Shown: positions 29,802-39,659 of the stretch, one piece after another
Position numbering within the stretch: the first letter of the stretch is position 1
Layout of the letters: each line of letters starts with the position of its first letter
Source of the DNA: an uncultured delta proteobacterium
Lineage (GTDB): Bacteria > Myxococcota_A > Polyangia > Polyangiales > Polyangiaceae
Length of the DNA: 44,947 bases
Reading direction: 5' to 3'
Assembly: GCA_963731595.1 (NCBI GenBank)
Contig: CAVSWE010000003.1
Span: 1-44,947, forward strand
Notes under the pieces: model-generated
Databases searched by the model: none
Seen by the model: only the letters and a program-made list of their open reading frames with translations
Told to the model about the DNA's origin: nothing
Made by a program: the position numbers and the translations under genes

Positions 29802-30086
29802 TCACCATCGGAAACGCGGCCGCCGACGAAGCCAGTCGAATAGCAAAGCGTTCGCGCCTCTCCGTAGTCCCCACCAGCGCTGCTGCGTGCGAATGACGAA
29901 GAGACGATCTTGCGCCGTGAGGTTCTCGCGCAGCATGTCCCCGAGGTCGCTTGGATCCAAATCGGTGTCGACGATCCACACGTTGCTGATGACCTTGCGC
30001 CACGTGTGGGAGTTCTCGCTGAGCGCGCGAAGAAAATCCGGTACAGGGCGTGGAGGGACACGCTCAAGCAAAACAAGGTGGATCAT
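29802..30086 (-). CDS. small hypothetical protein (MIHLVLLERVPPRPVPDFLRALSENSHTWRKVISNVWIVDTDLDPSDLGDMLRENL...)
   Basis: ORF 29802..30086 with non-Arg-rich composition. Its start overlaps the upstream stop. Confidence 0.4.
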   Translation of the reverse strand: MIHLVLLERVPPRPVPDFLRALSENSHTWRKVISNVWIVDTDLDPSDLGDMLRENLTAQDRLFVIRTQQRWWGLRRGANALLFDWLRRRPRFRW

Positions 30087-31036
30087 CCGGCTGAGCCCTT
30101 GTCGTCGTTGCCCGATTGCTTGGTCGCGGGGCCCTTCTCCTCTTCCACGCCGGAAGACGGCTTATCCTTTGCGTCTTCGCTGCTGGTCTCGACCGGCGCC
30201 TTTTTTTCCGCGCCGCCCATTTTCTCCTCATCCGCGCCACCCTCTTCGGGCTCGTCCGCCTCGATCATTGCAGCGTGGACGCTCGGCGAGAATTCCGTCG
30301 GACTGAAAAGGAATGCGCGGTTCTTTTTGCCGAGGAAGTAAAGCAGGTAACCCGCTCCGCCCAAGCCGCCGACTGCGATCAACATGAGCAGGTACCGCAG
30401 ACAGTTCGTGACATCCGTTGTGGTGGCCGGAGCATCCGCGGGAAGGACTGCTGGCGTACGCTCCGACGATGCAGACGGCGCCGTCGGCATCACGGTGGCG
30501 GCGGGCTCGGCTACCATCGTCGTCGCCGCCGCTGCCTGACCACCAGTCTCCGCCTTTGTTGATGCACGCGCGGCCTGCGTCACGCTCGGAGCGGGCTCGG
30601 CTACCATGGCTGTCATCGCAGGTTGACCCGTGGCACCTGCCTTTGCTGGCCCACATGACGCCGACGACGCGGTCTCGGTACATTCCAAGCTACGCGCCCG
30701 ACGCTCCACGATCGGGTTGTGCGTGTCGATGTACGCGGAGACGGATGCAGCGACCGCGATGATTGTCATCGTGGCCACCCATAGGCGACCAACGACCTGG
30801 AGCGGCCCACTTCTGGTAGCCGGCTCCTGAATGGGTTCGATGGCGCCCTTCAGGAGCTTCGCAACCTCGTCGCGAACCTGTTTGGCGATCTCGTCGGTCA
30901 TCGTAGGCGAGCGTATCAAGGCGCAGTCCCGGAACGCGAGCGTATCGAGCCGGCCATACGACTGCGTCTCATGAGCGAGTTGCTTGACCGTGGTCGTCGC
31001 ATCCTGGAACGTGGGCGGCGGAAGCTCGGTCCCCAC
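30083..31036 (-). CDS. membrane protein with Ala/Pro/Thr-rich internal repeats and an acidic C-terminal tail
   Basis: ORF 30083..31036. TM segments LWVATMTIIAVAASVSAYI and LLMLIAVGGLGGAGYLLYFL. Repeats TAMVAEPAPSVT and TTMVAEPAATVM. Confidence 0.5.
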   Translation of the reverse strand: MGTELPPPTFQDATTTVKQLAHETQSYGRLDTLAFRDCALIRSPTMTDEIAKQVRDEVAKLLKGAIEPIQEPATRSGPLQVVGRLWVATMTIIAVAASVSAYIDTHNPIVERRARSLECTETASSASCGPAKAGATGQPAMTAMVAEPAPSVTQAARASTKAETGGQAAAATTMVAEPAATVMPTAPSASSERTPAVLPADAPATTTDVTNCLRYLLMLIAVGGLGGAGYLLYFLGKKNRAFLFSPTEFSPSVHAAMIEADEPEEGGADEEKMGGAEKKAPVETSSEDAKDKPSSGVEEEKGPATKQSGNDDKGSAG

Positions 31037-31490
31037 GTAGTAGTAGTTGTCCCTGCGACGGGATGCCTGTGCTCGTGCAGGTCGACCTCCAGAAATGGGT
31101 CGGACCTATTCCCGAGCGACGACATCGTGGTATGGAGGAAACGAGACGAACAATCTGCAGCTGGAGCTGGCTCAGCTTTGACGAACTCGGCCAATGGCGC
31201 TCGGCGACAGTGCGATCACGTCTCGCTCGTCGCAGACGGCTGCGTCGGCGCCACTGAAAGGACCCTGTACCGTCCAGTAGGCGAAAAATACCCGCTACCC
31301 GCAGCGAGCTGGGTAGCGCGCCAGGGTCGTCCGCAGTGCGGCCTCGACGGCGCGCAACCCGGGACCACTGAAATCGCCGCGCGTCGATCCAACCGTTCCG
31401 TCAAAGGCGCGCCCGCGAGGTGCCGTAGGGCCAAGGAGGCGCGCCGCCCGCAGCGAATTGCGGGATCCTTGGAAGAGCCGCGGGAACCAT

Positions 31491-31538
31491 TGGGGCGGTC
31501 GGCCCCGCTCCGGAAGGGGCGGTCGGCCCCGCTCCGGA
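31491..31538. repeat. perfect tandem duplication 2 x 24 bp (GGGGCGGTCGGCCCCGCTCCGGAA)
   Basis: Read directly at 31491-31514 and 31515-31538. Confidence 0.7.
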
Positions 31539-31847
31539 AACCCGTGACGAAAGCAGGATCGTTGTGACGAAGCTGGATAGTAAGGCCCTCCGCCCTCCGC
31601 CAAGATGGTTTGCGAGCGCGGCGACAGCCGCTCGCGCATCAACTCCGAGCCAGAATGTTGGGGCGGCCGAGGCTTTGCCTTTTTTGGCCCTGTTACCTCA
31701 AAACCACCATTGGTTGCCCTGTAACGCGGAAACGCCGGCTGGTTGATGGGCTCCAGACGCGTGGCCGACGAGGGGGGCAGTCGACACGCGTCGTGGAACG
31801 ATCCGAACGTATCCCTTCGGTCGCAGGGCCGTCCAGGCTTCTAGCCT

Positions 31848-32171
31848 CTAACTCTTAGCCGCGCGCGCTTTTCGCGCGATTGTCTGTTGCCGCCTGCTAG
31901 GTGGCGGTCTCAGAGGGCCTTCGGGGTTATCGACGAAATTGAAGCGCGCCTGAAGCCCAAGGGCGATCGCCACGCGTTCCAGCGTGTCGAGCGCGATGTT
32001 CTGACCGCCCTCGATGCGGGAGACATGCTGCACTGGGATGTCGAGAATCTCGGCGAGCGCCTCCTGCGTGACGCGCCTAGCCAGACGTGCCAATTTGAGC
32101 TGCCATGTGACCGTTTGGGCAAGGGTTAGCGGTCCGCGGCTGCGGGGAAGGCGCGTGCGCACGGGCATGTG
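31848..32171 (-). CDS. XRE-family HTH transcriptional regulator
   Basis: LTLAQTVTWQLKLARLARRVTQEALAEILDIPVQHVSRIEGGQNIALDTLERVAIALGL. Start taken at MPVRTRLP. Confidence 0.5.
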   Translation of the reverse strand, partial: HMPVRTRLPRSRGPLTLAQTVTWQLKLARLARRVTQEALAEILDIPVQHVSRIEGGQNIALDTLERVAIALGLQARFNFVDNPEGPLRPPPSRRQQTIARKARAAKS

Positions 32172-32197
32172 AAGCCAGAGCGAGCGCCAGAACACAA

Positions 32198-32290
32198 TCA
32201 CCATGCATGGTGAGCCATCAACCGCTCGGCAGATCGCAGTGCTACGCCGCAACAGTCGCCGTTCGCGTTGCAGTAATCTTCACTCGCCCA
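32198..32290 (-). pseudogene. degenerate relic of the small Cys-rich peptide gene (EDYCNANGDCCGV..., frameshifted)
   Basis: Nucleotide similarity to 11276-11330 (cggcagatcgc, gcaacagtcg, gttcgcgt, gcagtaatc). The translated DYCxANxDCC motif is conserved. Confidence 0.3.
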
Positions 32291-32323
32291 GCGATGTAGG
32301 CGCGACGCCACTGGCCGACCGGC

Positions 32324-32620
32324 TCAGTCCTCGCGGTCCTCGCGGGACGTGGCCGTACGGAATAACTCCCCGACATCGACGCCGCCGAACACCTCGACCA
32401 GTCTCGAGAGTGTCCTCAACGTGACACTGACCTCCCCGGCCTCAATCTTTTGCCAGTGTCGCCAGTGCATCCCACTGCGATGCCCGGCCTCCTCTAACGA
32501 CCATCCGTGCCGTTCACGAAGGCCGCGCGTATTCGCCGCGAGCACGCGGCGAAGTCGTTTCTCCTGGGGCGTGATCCGCGACACGAAGAAACGTTCGTGC
32601 GAGCGGCCCGTTGGCACCAC
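32324..32620 (-). CDS. XRE-family HTH transcriptional regulator
   Basis: LRRVLAANTRGLRERHGWSLEEAGHRSGMHWRHWQKIEAGEVSVTLRTLSRLVEVFGG. Confidence 0.6.
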   Translation of the reverse strand: MVPTGRSHERFFVSRITPQEKRLRRVLAANTRGLRERHGWSLEEAGHRSGMHWRHWQKIEAGEVSVTLRTLSRLVEVFGGVDVGELFRTATSREDRED

Positions 32621-32709
32621 GCCAAGTTTGGCGTAATACAGACACCGCGACAGTCCTGCGTTGCGACGCAGAACGAGGAGGTGGCTGAAAATGATACGGC
32701 AACGCTGGA

Positions 32710-33060
32710 TTGAGATTTTCGGTTCTTGGCGTACTCGCCGGGGCGTGCACCGCTTGCGGCTACACGGTCTCGACCCTTCCCGAAACGGGCGTTCCTAGCA
32801 ATCTCGAGAGCGTCACGCCCGCCGTCGTCTCCCGCGTTCCGCCCCCGCCAGGCTCGAAAGAACTCGGGCGCGTGAAAGCGGAGAAGTGCGGCTACGGCGG
32901 CGTTGCCGCGTGCCACGAGCGTCTTGGAGTGGAAGCCGCCGCGCGGTTCGGAGCGAGCTACGTGCAACTCGTCGACGACGGCACGCACATTACCTGGTGC
33001 GCGTGGGCGGCACCGTATTGCGCGGGCATCGCGTTTCGAACTGGCCAGCCCGCGCCCTAG
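32710..33060 (+). CDS. putative small lipoprotein (TTG start; signal MRFSVLGVLAGAC), 3-prime end runs into the IS1182-like inverted repeat
   Basis: ORF 32710..33060. Its stop TAG lies inside the IS terminal repeat. Confidence 0.35.
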   Translation: MRFSVLGVLAGACTACGYTVSTLPETGVPSNLESVTPAVVSRVPPPPGSKELGRVKAEKCGYGGVAACHERLGVEAAARFGASYVQLVDDGTHITWCAWAAPYCAGIAFRTGQPAP

Positions 33061-34600
33061 CAGTCCGTTGACGAAACGGTTGTCGGGCTCACGCGGCACG
33101 TTCGACGGCGCGTCGATGCCTCATGGCCGGCTGGAGAAGCGTGCCAACGAGCTGCCCGGCGCAGCGCGCGATCGATCGTAGAGCGATCCAAAGAGGGCCG
33201 CGAAGACGATGCCAGCACGGCGGCCGCCGCCTGCCGCGGCGTTCCGTGCCCGAAGAGAGTTCTCATGACGAGTCCGAGGTTGAGCGCGGCAATGTGAGCG
33301 ATGTAACGCTTTCGGACATTGTCGCGACCTCGCAGTCGGACGCGACGGTGCGCGCCCGTCTCGCAGGCCAGAGCGAACGTGCGTTCGATTCGCTCCCCTC
33401 GCATTCGCAGCAGCTTCTTGCCCTTCGCTCGACGCACCCGCTTGCGGTTGTCGTGAAAAGCCTCGCGCCCGAGCATGCCCCCCTTGTCGCCGAATTGCCG
33501 CTGCCCCTTCTGGTCGGGGACGGGGATATACGTCCGATACTCGGCGCGCCTCAGTTCCAGAAGCAGTTCGATCTTGTGATAGCCCTTGTCCGCGACAACC
33601 TCGAGGGTCGGGCGCGATGCAACGGTTGGCGCCGCCGGTGGCGGGGCGTCATCGTCATCGTCGTCGCCGTTCGAGGCCGTGCGGACCGCATCAGCGTTCT
33701 CGCGCGCCGCTTCAAGGCTCGGGCGTAGCGTCGCGGTGTCCGACTCCTCGGCGCGGTAGATCTCCGCGGCGACCACCGCGCCGGTGTCGAGATCCACGAC
33801 GTGCTCAGCCTTGTAGCCGAGCCGCGTGCGCCCGTCCTTGAGTCGCACGATGCGAGCATCCGCGTCGGTCGGAGACTCCCAGTCGCGGTTCGAGGTCTTC
33901 TTGCCCGTGCGTGCGCGATCCATTCGCCGCGCGTCTTCCACCGTCGGATTCTCGATGCCCTGCGCCTCGCACAGTTTCTTCAGGTACACCGCGTAATCGT
34001 CGCCCGTGTCCTTGCGCACGATCGTCTTCATCGAGGCATCCGCTCGGAGGTAGGTGGAATCCACGCCCGCGACCTTGCCCCGCAGCAGTCCCTTCGATTC
34101 CACGATCCCCAGCACCAACCGGAACACCTCGTCATAGACCTTGCCGTCGAGGCGCGTGCGCATCCGCGACAGGCTCGAATGGTCCGGCACCCGCTCTTGG
34201 ACCTGGCACCCCCAGGAACGTCCGCAGCGACAGCGAGTCCGCACACCGCCACTCCAGACCTCGCTCCGACTCAATACCTTCGAAGTAGCCGACGAAGAGC
34301 ATCCGGAAGTACACGCCGGGCGGGATCGAGGGGCGTCCTGGCTTGTCGGCCGCCTCGAAGTACGGCGCGCAGAGCTGCTCTACACGCATGTCGAACTTCG
34401 CTTCCGACAGCAGCTCGTTCAGCTTCTCGTAGAACCGGTGGCCCGGCGATCGCGCCAGCTCCGGTCCCGCCAGCCACATCGGCGCCTGCCGATCCTCACG
34501 CCGACCCATCGACATGAGGGCAGCCTATCCATCCAGCCCCGATCCGTCGATCCCCTCTACCCCCTCACGCCGTTATTTCAACGGGCTGCTAAATCAGCGA
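33050..34600 (-). mobile_element. IS1182/IS5-family insertion sequence with imperfect terminal inverted repeats (CTAGCAGTCCGTTGACG / TCAACGGGCTGCTAA)
   Basis: IRs at 33057-33073 and 34578-34592. They enclose an IS5/IS1182-type transposase. Confidence 0.65.
33057..34515 (-). pseudogene. IS5/IS1182-family DDE transposase, one frameshift near 34200
   Basis: N-terminal DUF772-like piece (HRFYEKLNELLSEAKFDMRVEQLCAPYF...GVYFRMLFVGYFEGIESERGLEW) in ORF 34132..34515. DDE body in ORF 33057..34274. Confidence 0.75.
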
Positions 34601-34617
34601 TCGTGATTCGGGAACGC

Positions 34618-35080
34618 TCATGCAACCTGGCGGAGTTGTCGTGACGAGCGGGTGGCGCGGCGCCAGCGGTACGCCCGGAGATAGGCGACGACGTTGTCGA
34701 GCAGCTCGCGTAGCGAGCGACAGCGATGGTTTCGCGTGACGTTGGCGTGCAAGTCGAGCCAGACGCGCTCGATGCGGTTGTGATCAGGGCAGTACGGCGG
34801 CAGAAAGTGGAGCACGACGCGATCGCCGAGCATCGCGAGGACGCGCTCGGTCGCGCGACTCTTGTGGATGACGTAGTTGTCGAGGACGAGATGCACGCGC
34901 CGCGCAGATCGATATCGACCGGCGAGGTGGAAGAGGAGCTGCCCGAAGAGGCGGCTCGACTTCGAGTAGTCGCCGACGGTGTGGAGCCGGCCGCTGCGCA
35001 CGTCGAGAGCTCCGGCGATGTAGAACTTCTGGTTCTTGCCCGGCGTGACGACGCGTCGCTCGCCGCTCTGGAAGAAGCTC
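34618..35080 (-). pseudogene. IS630-family transposase, C-terminal DDE half only
   Basis: ...VLDNYVIHKS...LHFLPPYCPDHNRIERVWLDLHANVTRNH. Truncated at about 35080, where an IS4-like fragment begins on the other strand. Confidence 0.65.
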
Positions 35081-35827
35081 GTGCCGGCCTTCACACGCGG
35101 CGCGCTCTACTTGTTCGACCTCGGCTTTTTCGAGCGCGCGATGTTCATCGCCGCGAAGAAAGCGGGCGCGCACGTCCTCATGCGCCTCAAGTCCACCGCC
35201 AAAGTGCGCGTGACGGCCTGCATGAGCGACAACGGTCTCGCGCCGCTTCCGGGTTGGTCGCTCGGCTACTTCTTGCAAACGGGCTCGCGCAAGCGCGGCA
35301 CCAATCTCGACGTGACCTGGGGCCGCGGCGACGACGCCGTCGACCTGCGCCTCGTCGGCTTCGCGCACAAGTCCGACTGCATTCGCTGGTACCTCACCAC
35401 CGTGCCGCGCCGCCTGCTTTCGCCTCATCAGATCATCCAGACGTACCGCCTGCGCTGGCTCATCGAGCTGCTCTTTCGCGAGATCAAACAGGCCGCCGAT
35501 CTCGGTCGGTCGTTCACCGCCGACCCCAACGCAATCCAAGCCCTCACGTACGGCGCGATGCTCGCCCACGCGCTCGTGCGCTCCGTCAGGATCCAAGCCG
35601 CGCTGGCTCACGAGGTTCCGCTCGAGCAACTGCGCCCGCTCGCCGCGCTGCACGTGATGCGCGCGTACGCCCGCGACGTCATCGACGCCCTCGCCTCGTT
35701 GAGCGTCGCCGCGTGGTCGACCGTCGTGACCCTCGTCGGCAACGCGCTCGTCGACCTCACGAGGGAGAAGCAATGTTCACGCTCCAGGAAACGCATCGCC
35801 CTCAAACTCGGGGCGATCGGTGCTTAG
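35080..35827 (+). pseudogene. IS4-family transposase, C-terminal part only
   Basis: ...ALYLFDLGFFERAMF... and YRLRWLIELLFREIKQ (DDE_Tnp_1 signature). The N-terminal region with the first catalytic D is absent. Confidence 0.6.
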
Positions 35828-36001
35828 CGATCGGGCATGGCGGAGCCCCTGCCGCGTCGCCGCGACGCTTTTCTGAACGCGCGTGACGCTCGCGTAAGGG
35901 GAGTACGACGAGGGCATGTAACACCGGAGATAGCGACTGAGCGGGACGGTCGCGGTGACCATCGGCAGCTTTACGATGGTCGGCGTCGCGCTCGCGGTCA
36001 T
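35777..36001 (-). CDS. small ORF carrying the conserved tail motif YMPSSYSPYASVTRVQKSVAATRQGLRHA; may be the frameshifted C-terminus of the upstream lipoprotein
   Basis: ORF 35777..36001 begins 4 nt after the lipoprotein stop. The tail is paralogous to the C-terminus of the 37443..38461 gene. Confidence 0.3.
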   Translation of the reverse strand: MTASATPTIVKLPMVTATVPLSRYLRCYMPSSYSPYASVTRVQKSVAATRQGLRHARSLSTDRPEFEGDAFPGA

Positions 36002-36034
36002 GGGTAGGCCCCTGCCGCGAGGTCCCCGCTCATT

Positions 36035-37310
36035 TCACTGCGCGGTAGATCCCGCTGCCCGGCAGGTTGCCACTCGCCGTGAACGCCCAGTAATAGTAGA
36101 CATCGTCGAGGAATAGCCCCTGGATGGCACCGGGGCCACCGCTCACGAGAGTCTCGGTGGTAGTCGTCCCAGCTTAGTGCGATTGAGCTCGGGGCCACTG
36201 TTCTGCTCGCGTACCCAGTACACATATTTGTCGTCCATCGCGACGCATGAGATGTAATCCGGAGCGGTCGCGAGCACCGAGCTTGGGCCCCCGTCCAACC
36301 CGAGCGCCACCAGGTCGGCGCCGATTCCAGCGATGGCCGCCGTGCCGGCGTCGTCGAACGCCATCGCGTTGCCGATGCTTTGCGAAGCGTCGGCTTCGAA
36401 GAGAGTTTCCACGCCGGCGTCGGGATCGCTCGCCGAAAAGCGAACGATCGAGCCCTGAAAGTTTCCGTCCACGGTGTGGCATAGACGCTCGCGCCGCCAC
36501 GAAAAAGGTGTACCAGACCATTCCCACTGAGGCTGAGGAGCGACTGGCCGCTACCCCCGTCGAGTGGGACTGCGGAAATTGTGAGTGGAGGGTCCTGATT
36601 GCCGAAATACAGATACTGCGAATCGAGCGCGGGATTCGTGACGGGCACGGTCGACGTAATGAGCGGCGTGAACGTTCCACCGCCGATCGGAACGTAACCG
36701 ATCGTGTAGGCCGTGGTGATAACTACGGCATAAACGTTCTTTGAGTCGACGGCGATGAGCGGCTGCACGTTTTGAGCTCAGGATTGATTTCGCCGTCCCC
36801 CCACCCTTCGGACCTTGCAGCACGCCGCCGGGCCCGGTCCAATACAGATTAACTGCATCACCGGCGAGATAGTTGATCCCGCCAATTCCATAGAGCAGCT
36901 CCGGCTGGCATTGCCCACCCGAGCACTGCGTCGCCAGGCAGTCGTGCCCGCACGCGCCGCAGTTGTGCGAGTCCTTGCTCGGGTCGACGCACGTGGATCC
37001 GCATTGGAGGACGTTGCACGTGAACCCGCAGATTTTTCCGTCGCATGTGGCGACGCCATTCGTAGGCGCGCCGCACTGCGCGCAGGCCGGCCCGCAGTGG
37101 TCGACGTCATCCGGATAGCAGGTGTTCCCGCACAGCACCTCGCCCTTGCCGCAGGGCGACACGGTCGCGTCGGGCTCCCCCGCGTCGCCGACGGTCGAGT
37201 CCGTTCCGCCGCCGTCGTCCGACGCGTCGCCGAGCGTCGTGTCCAGGCTGCCGCCGCACGCTACCACCACCGCGAGAATCGGCCAGCGTCGCTCGATGCG
37301 TCCCGCCATG
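36035..37310 (-). CDS. lipoprotein with Myxococcus-type cysteine-rich repeats (CxxCG) and a YVYW beta-propeller-like C-terminal half; at least 4 frameshifts
   Basis: Signal and lipobox MAGRIERRWPILAVVVAC. CGKGEVLCGNTCYPDDVDHCGPACAQCGAPTNGVATCDGKICGFTCNVLQCGSTC... Then DDKYVYWV and DDVYYYW repeats. Assembled from ORFs 36551..37402, 35998..36768, 36143..36472 and a third frame ending at 36035. Confidence 0.6.
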
Positions 37311-37442
37311 CACCGGATTGTACTTCGTGTAGGCCAGCTTGCCATGCGCAGAATCGCGCTCCTCAGGTCCAATGCCGGGCTCCAGAGGCACCTGGCCCGC
37401 AATACCTCCGCGGCCCGCGCAAGCCGGACGACCCAGAGTGAT

Positions 37443-38461
37443 TCATTTGAATCGAATCTGCGCCGTGCGGAGGCCCTGCCGCGTGGCGATTACGCTCTTC
37501 TGAATCCGGGCGACGTTCGCGTAGGGCGAGGCCGACGGCATGTAATGCGGGTTATTCCCGGACCAGAAGTCGTCTTCGTTCGCGCCGCCGCCACCGGCCG
37601 GGAGAACCGGAATGTGGAAGTCGTCTGGGTTCGTGTTGTTCGCCGCGGTCGCGATTTGTAGTTCGCCGATGAGCTCCCTGTGCTGTCGGGGTCGGGGTTT
37701 TCGCGCGGATTGCCGCCCCAGTCGCCTCCGCCGTCGCCCGAGGTCCAGCCTGCGAAGGGACCGCCGCCGGCGACCTGGTGGGGATCGGAAACTCTGGCCG
37801 AGAGCCTCCGGTGTCGCCCCCCCGCGGCTGAAAGCCGCGGCCGGGCATTGACGGACCCTCCTCACCGCCGCCGGGATCGTCAGGCGCCGGACTGCCACTC
37901 TGGATCGGATCGGGATGTCCCGGGTTGTCGTTCGCACCACCCGAAACGGTTCTTGGTCCCCGATTGCCAGAGCGATCACGATTTTGATTACCCTGCGGAT
38001 CGTCGGTCGATCCCCCCATACTCCAGTATCAGGGTTCGAACCTCCGGACCCGTTCGTACTGCCGTCGTCATAACGTGTGCGATTTGCGTCCGACTGCTGC
38101 TGCCTCGCATCGCGCGAATTCTGACTGCGGTCTCCCTCGTTTCCCAAGGCCCAACTATTATCGGCGGGATCCGACCGCCACCGATCGTGCGCCGCCGCCG
38201 CCCCCCGAGCCGCCGTCGGGAGGTCGCGGTGCCACACCACCGCCGCCGCTCGAGCCAAACGACGGAAACGGGGAGCGCCGTGACCGCGCAGCTTCCCGCC
38301 AAAGCCAATGACGCCACCGCCGTCGCCCGAAAACTGGGGTCCGGTATCGGGCTGGTTGGGAAGCTGAAGGTCCCGCCGGCAACGTATTGACGCTGCTGAG
38401 GCTTCACGTTCGTCCCCGGGGGCGGGTTTGGGCGAACGACGACGACGGAGTTCGGATTCAC
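37443..38461 (-). CDS. Gly/Pro/Asn-rich low-complexity protein with conserved C-terminal tail (HYMPSASPYANVARIQKSVIATRQGLRTAQIRFK); probably the C-terminal part of one long gene starting at 39278
   Basis: Pieces 37988..38461, 38158..38382, 37552..38019 and 37443..38258. The reading frame stays open upstream to 38640 in frame with the N-terminus. Confidence 0.45.
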
Positions 38462-38643
38462 GTCTTGGGATTGACCGGCGATGAGGGCGCGGAGAGGCGG
38501 CGTCGGCGAACCGCTGTTTGGAGTGCCTTGGGTGCCCTGCGACGACGCGACTGGCTGTTCCTCCGGATCAACATTTGTTCCGCCATTGGGCCGTCCGCCA
38601 CCGCGATCATCCCGTGTGTTATTAGCAATAATAGGCTTAGGAT

Positions 38644-39278
38644 TTACGAACAGATCGCGCAGAAACTGCGGTGCGGGGACCCACTGGCATCGCCGTTGGG
38701 AAGACTCGCAGTATCGACCACTTGGTCCATGATGTTCGCTACTTTGGGCAGAACGTCGCGCAATTGAGGCATCGGCCGTAACTGTTCACGCGAACGATTA
38801 CCGCCCGCATAATTCCAGTGCGCAATAAAGTCACTAATGTAGTCGCTCATTACTTCAGCCGCGCCCGGTGTCTCAAAGAGCTGGTGAACGACCTCGGTCG
38901 CATTAGCACTCAGACCGAGGGCATCAGATGTGGCCGGCACAATTCGTCTGCTGTCCGGATCTTCGACTGCGATACCAAGACCCTCCTCAACAAAGACACC
39001 GTTGGACGTCAGCGCATCGACGAGGCCTGCCACGAGGACGAGCTCTTGGAGAGTGACGACCTCGTCCGCCGTAGCAGCCTCGTTGGCCATGGTTTGGGAT
39101 TCGGTTGCCGGAGCAAACGTGTACTCCAGCTCTGCGGAAAGCTGGCAATGTCGCCAGTTCTAGCGTAAGCTCGCATTGCCACTTGAGTCGCCACGAACGC
39201 AAGCTCGACGTCGTGCTGCCATTTCGCGAGCGCGCTGACGAAGTTTGCCTGCCCGGTATGAAATGCTTTGATCGGCAT
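38644..39278 (-). CDS. alpha-helical N-terminal domain protein (MPIKAFHTGQANFVSALAKWQHDVELAFVATQVAMRAYARTGDIA...), one frameshift; likely continuous with 37443..38461
   Basis: ORFs 39009..39278 and 38644..39090. Lower-GC coding. Downstream frame continuity into the G/P-rich region. Confidence 0.45.
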
Positions 39279-39659
39279 CGGTTACCCCTAAAAAGCTTCT
39301 ACCGCTTTGCATTTGACCGCATTCCGAGCGGCGCATCAAAGTCCGCGCATCAAACCCCAAGTTCCGCTGAATCCGATCGATTGCACTGCGCAGTCTGCCA
39401 AGGTAAGGCATATCGCTTAGGTCGAAGCAATCTCGAAGTGTTCGAGGATATGCCGTGTCGGGCACCCTGCAACTTGCGCTCTCACGGAGGCTTATGCGCC
39501 GCCAGCCTTCGCCGAGTTCGCGGACGGAACTTCACCCCGGACTCTCGATCGCTCCGACGATAGGCGAGACAATCGAGTGGTGAGCTAGTCGGAAATAACC
39601 AACGAGGGATGCGGTTTGCGTTCCGGATGCGTAGAATTTTGTTCGTACACCGCCGCGAT

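Noticed and set aside
31491-31538. Possible CRISPR array
   Set aside because: Only two directly adjacent repeat units with no spacer. No cas genes anywhere in the window.
34726-35886. 386-aa plus-strand ORF and the overlapping 329-aa minus-strand ORF 34784..35773
   Set aside because: Arg-rich frames overlapping the IS630 and IS4 transposase fragments, which show real family motifs in other frames.
35820-36010. Repeated GG(A/G)G(C/G)CCCTGCCGCG motif at 35836, 36003 and 37471 as a possible RNA or REP element
   Set aside because: Two of the three occurrences are explained by the conserved protein tail (it encodes TRQGL on the minus strand). The third sits in the C-terminal residues of the upstream ORF frame. 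The protein-level explanation is sufficient.
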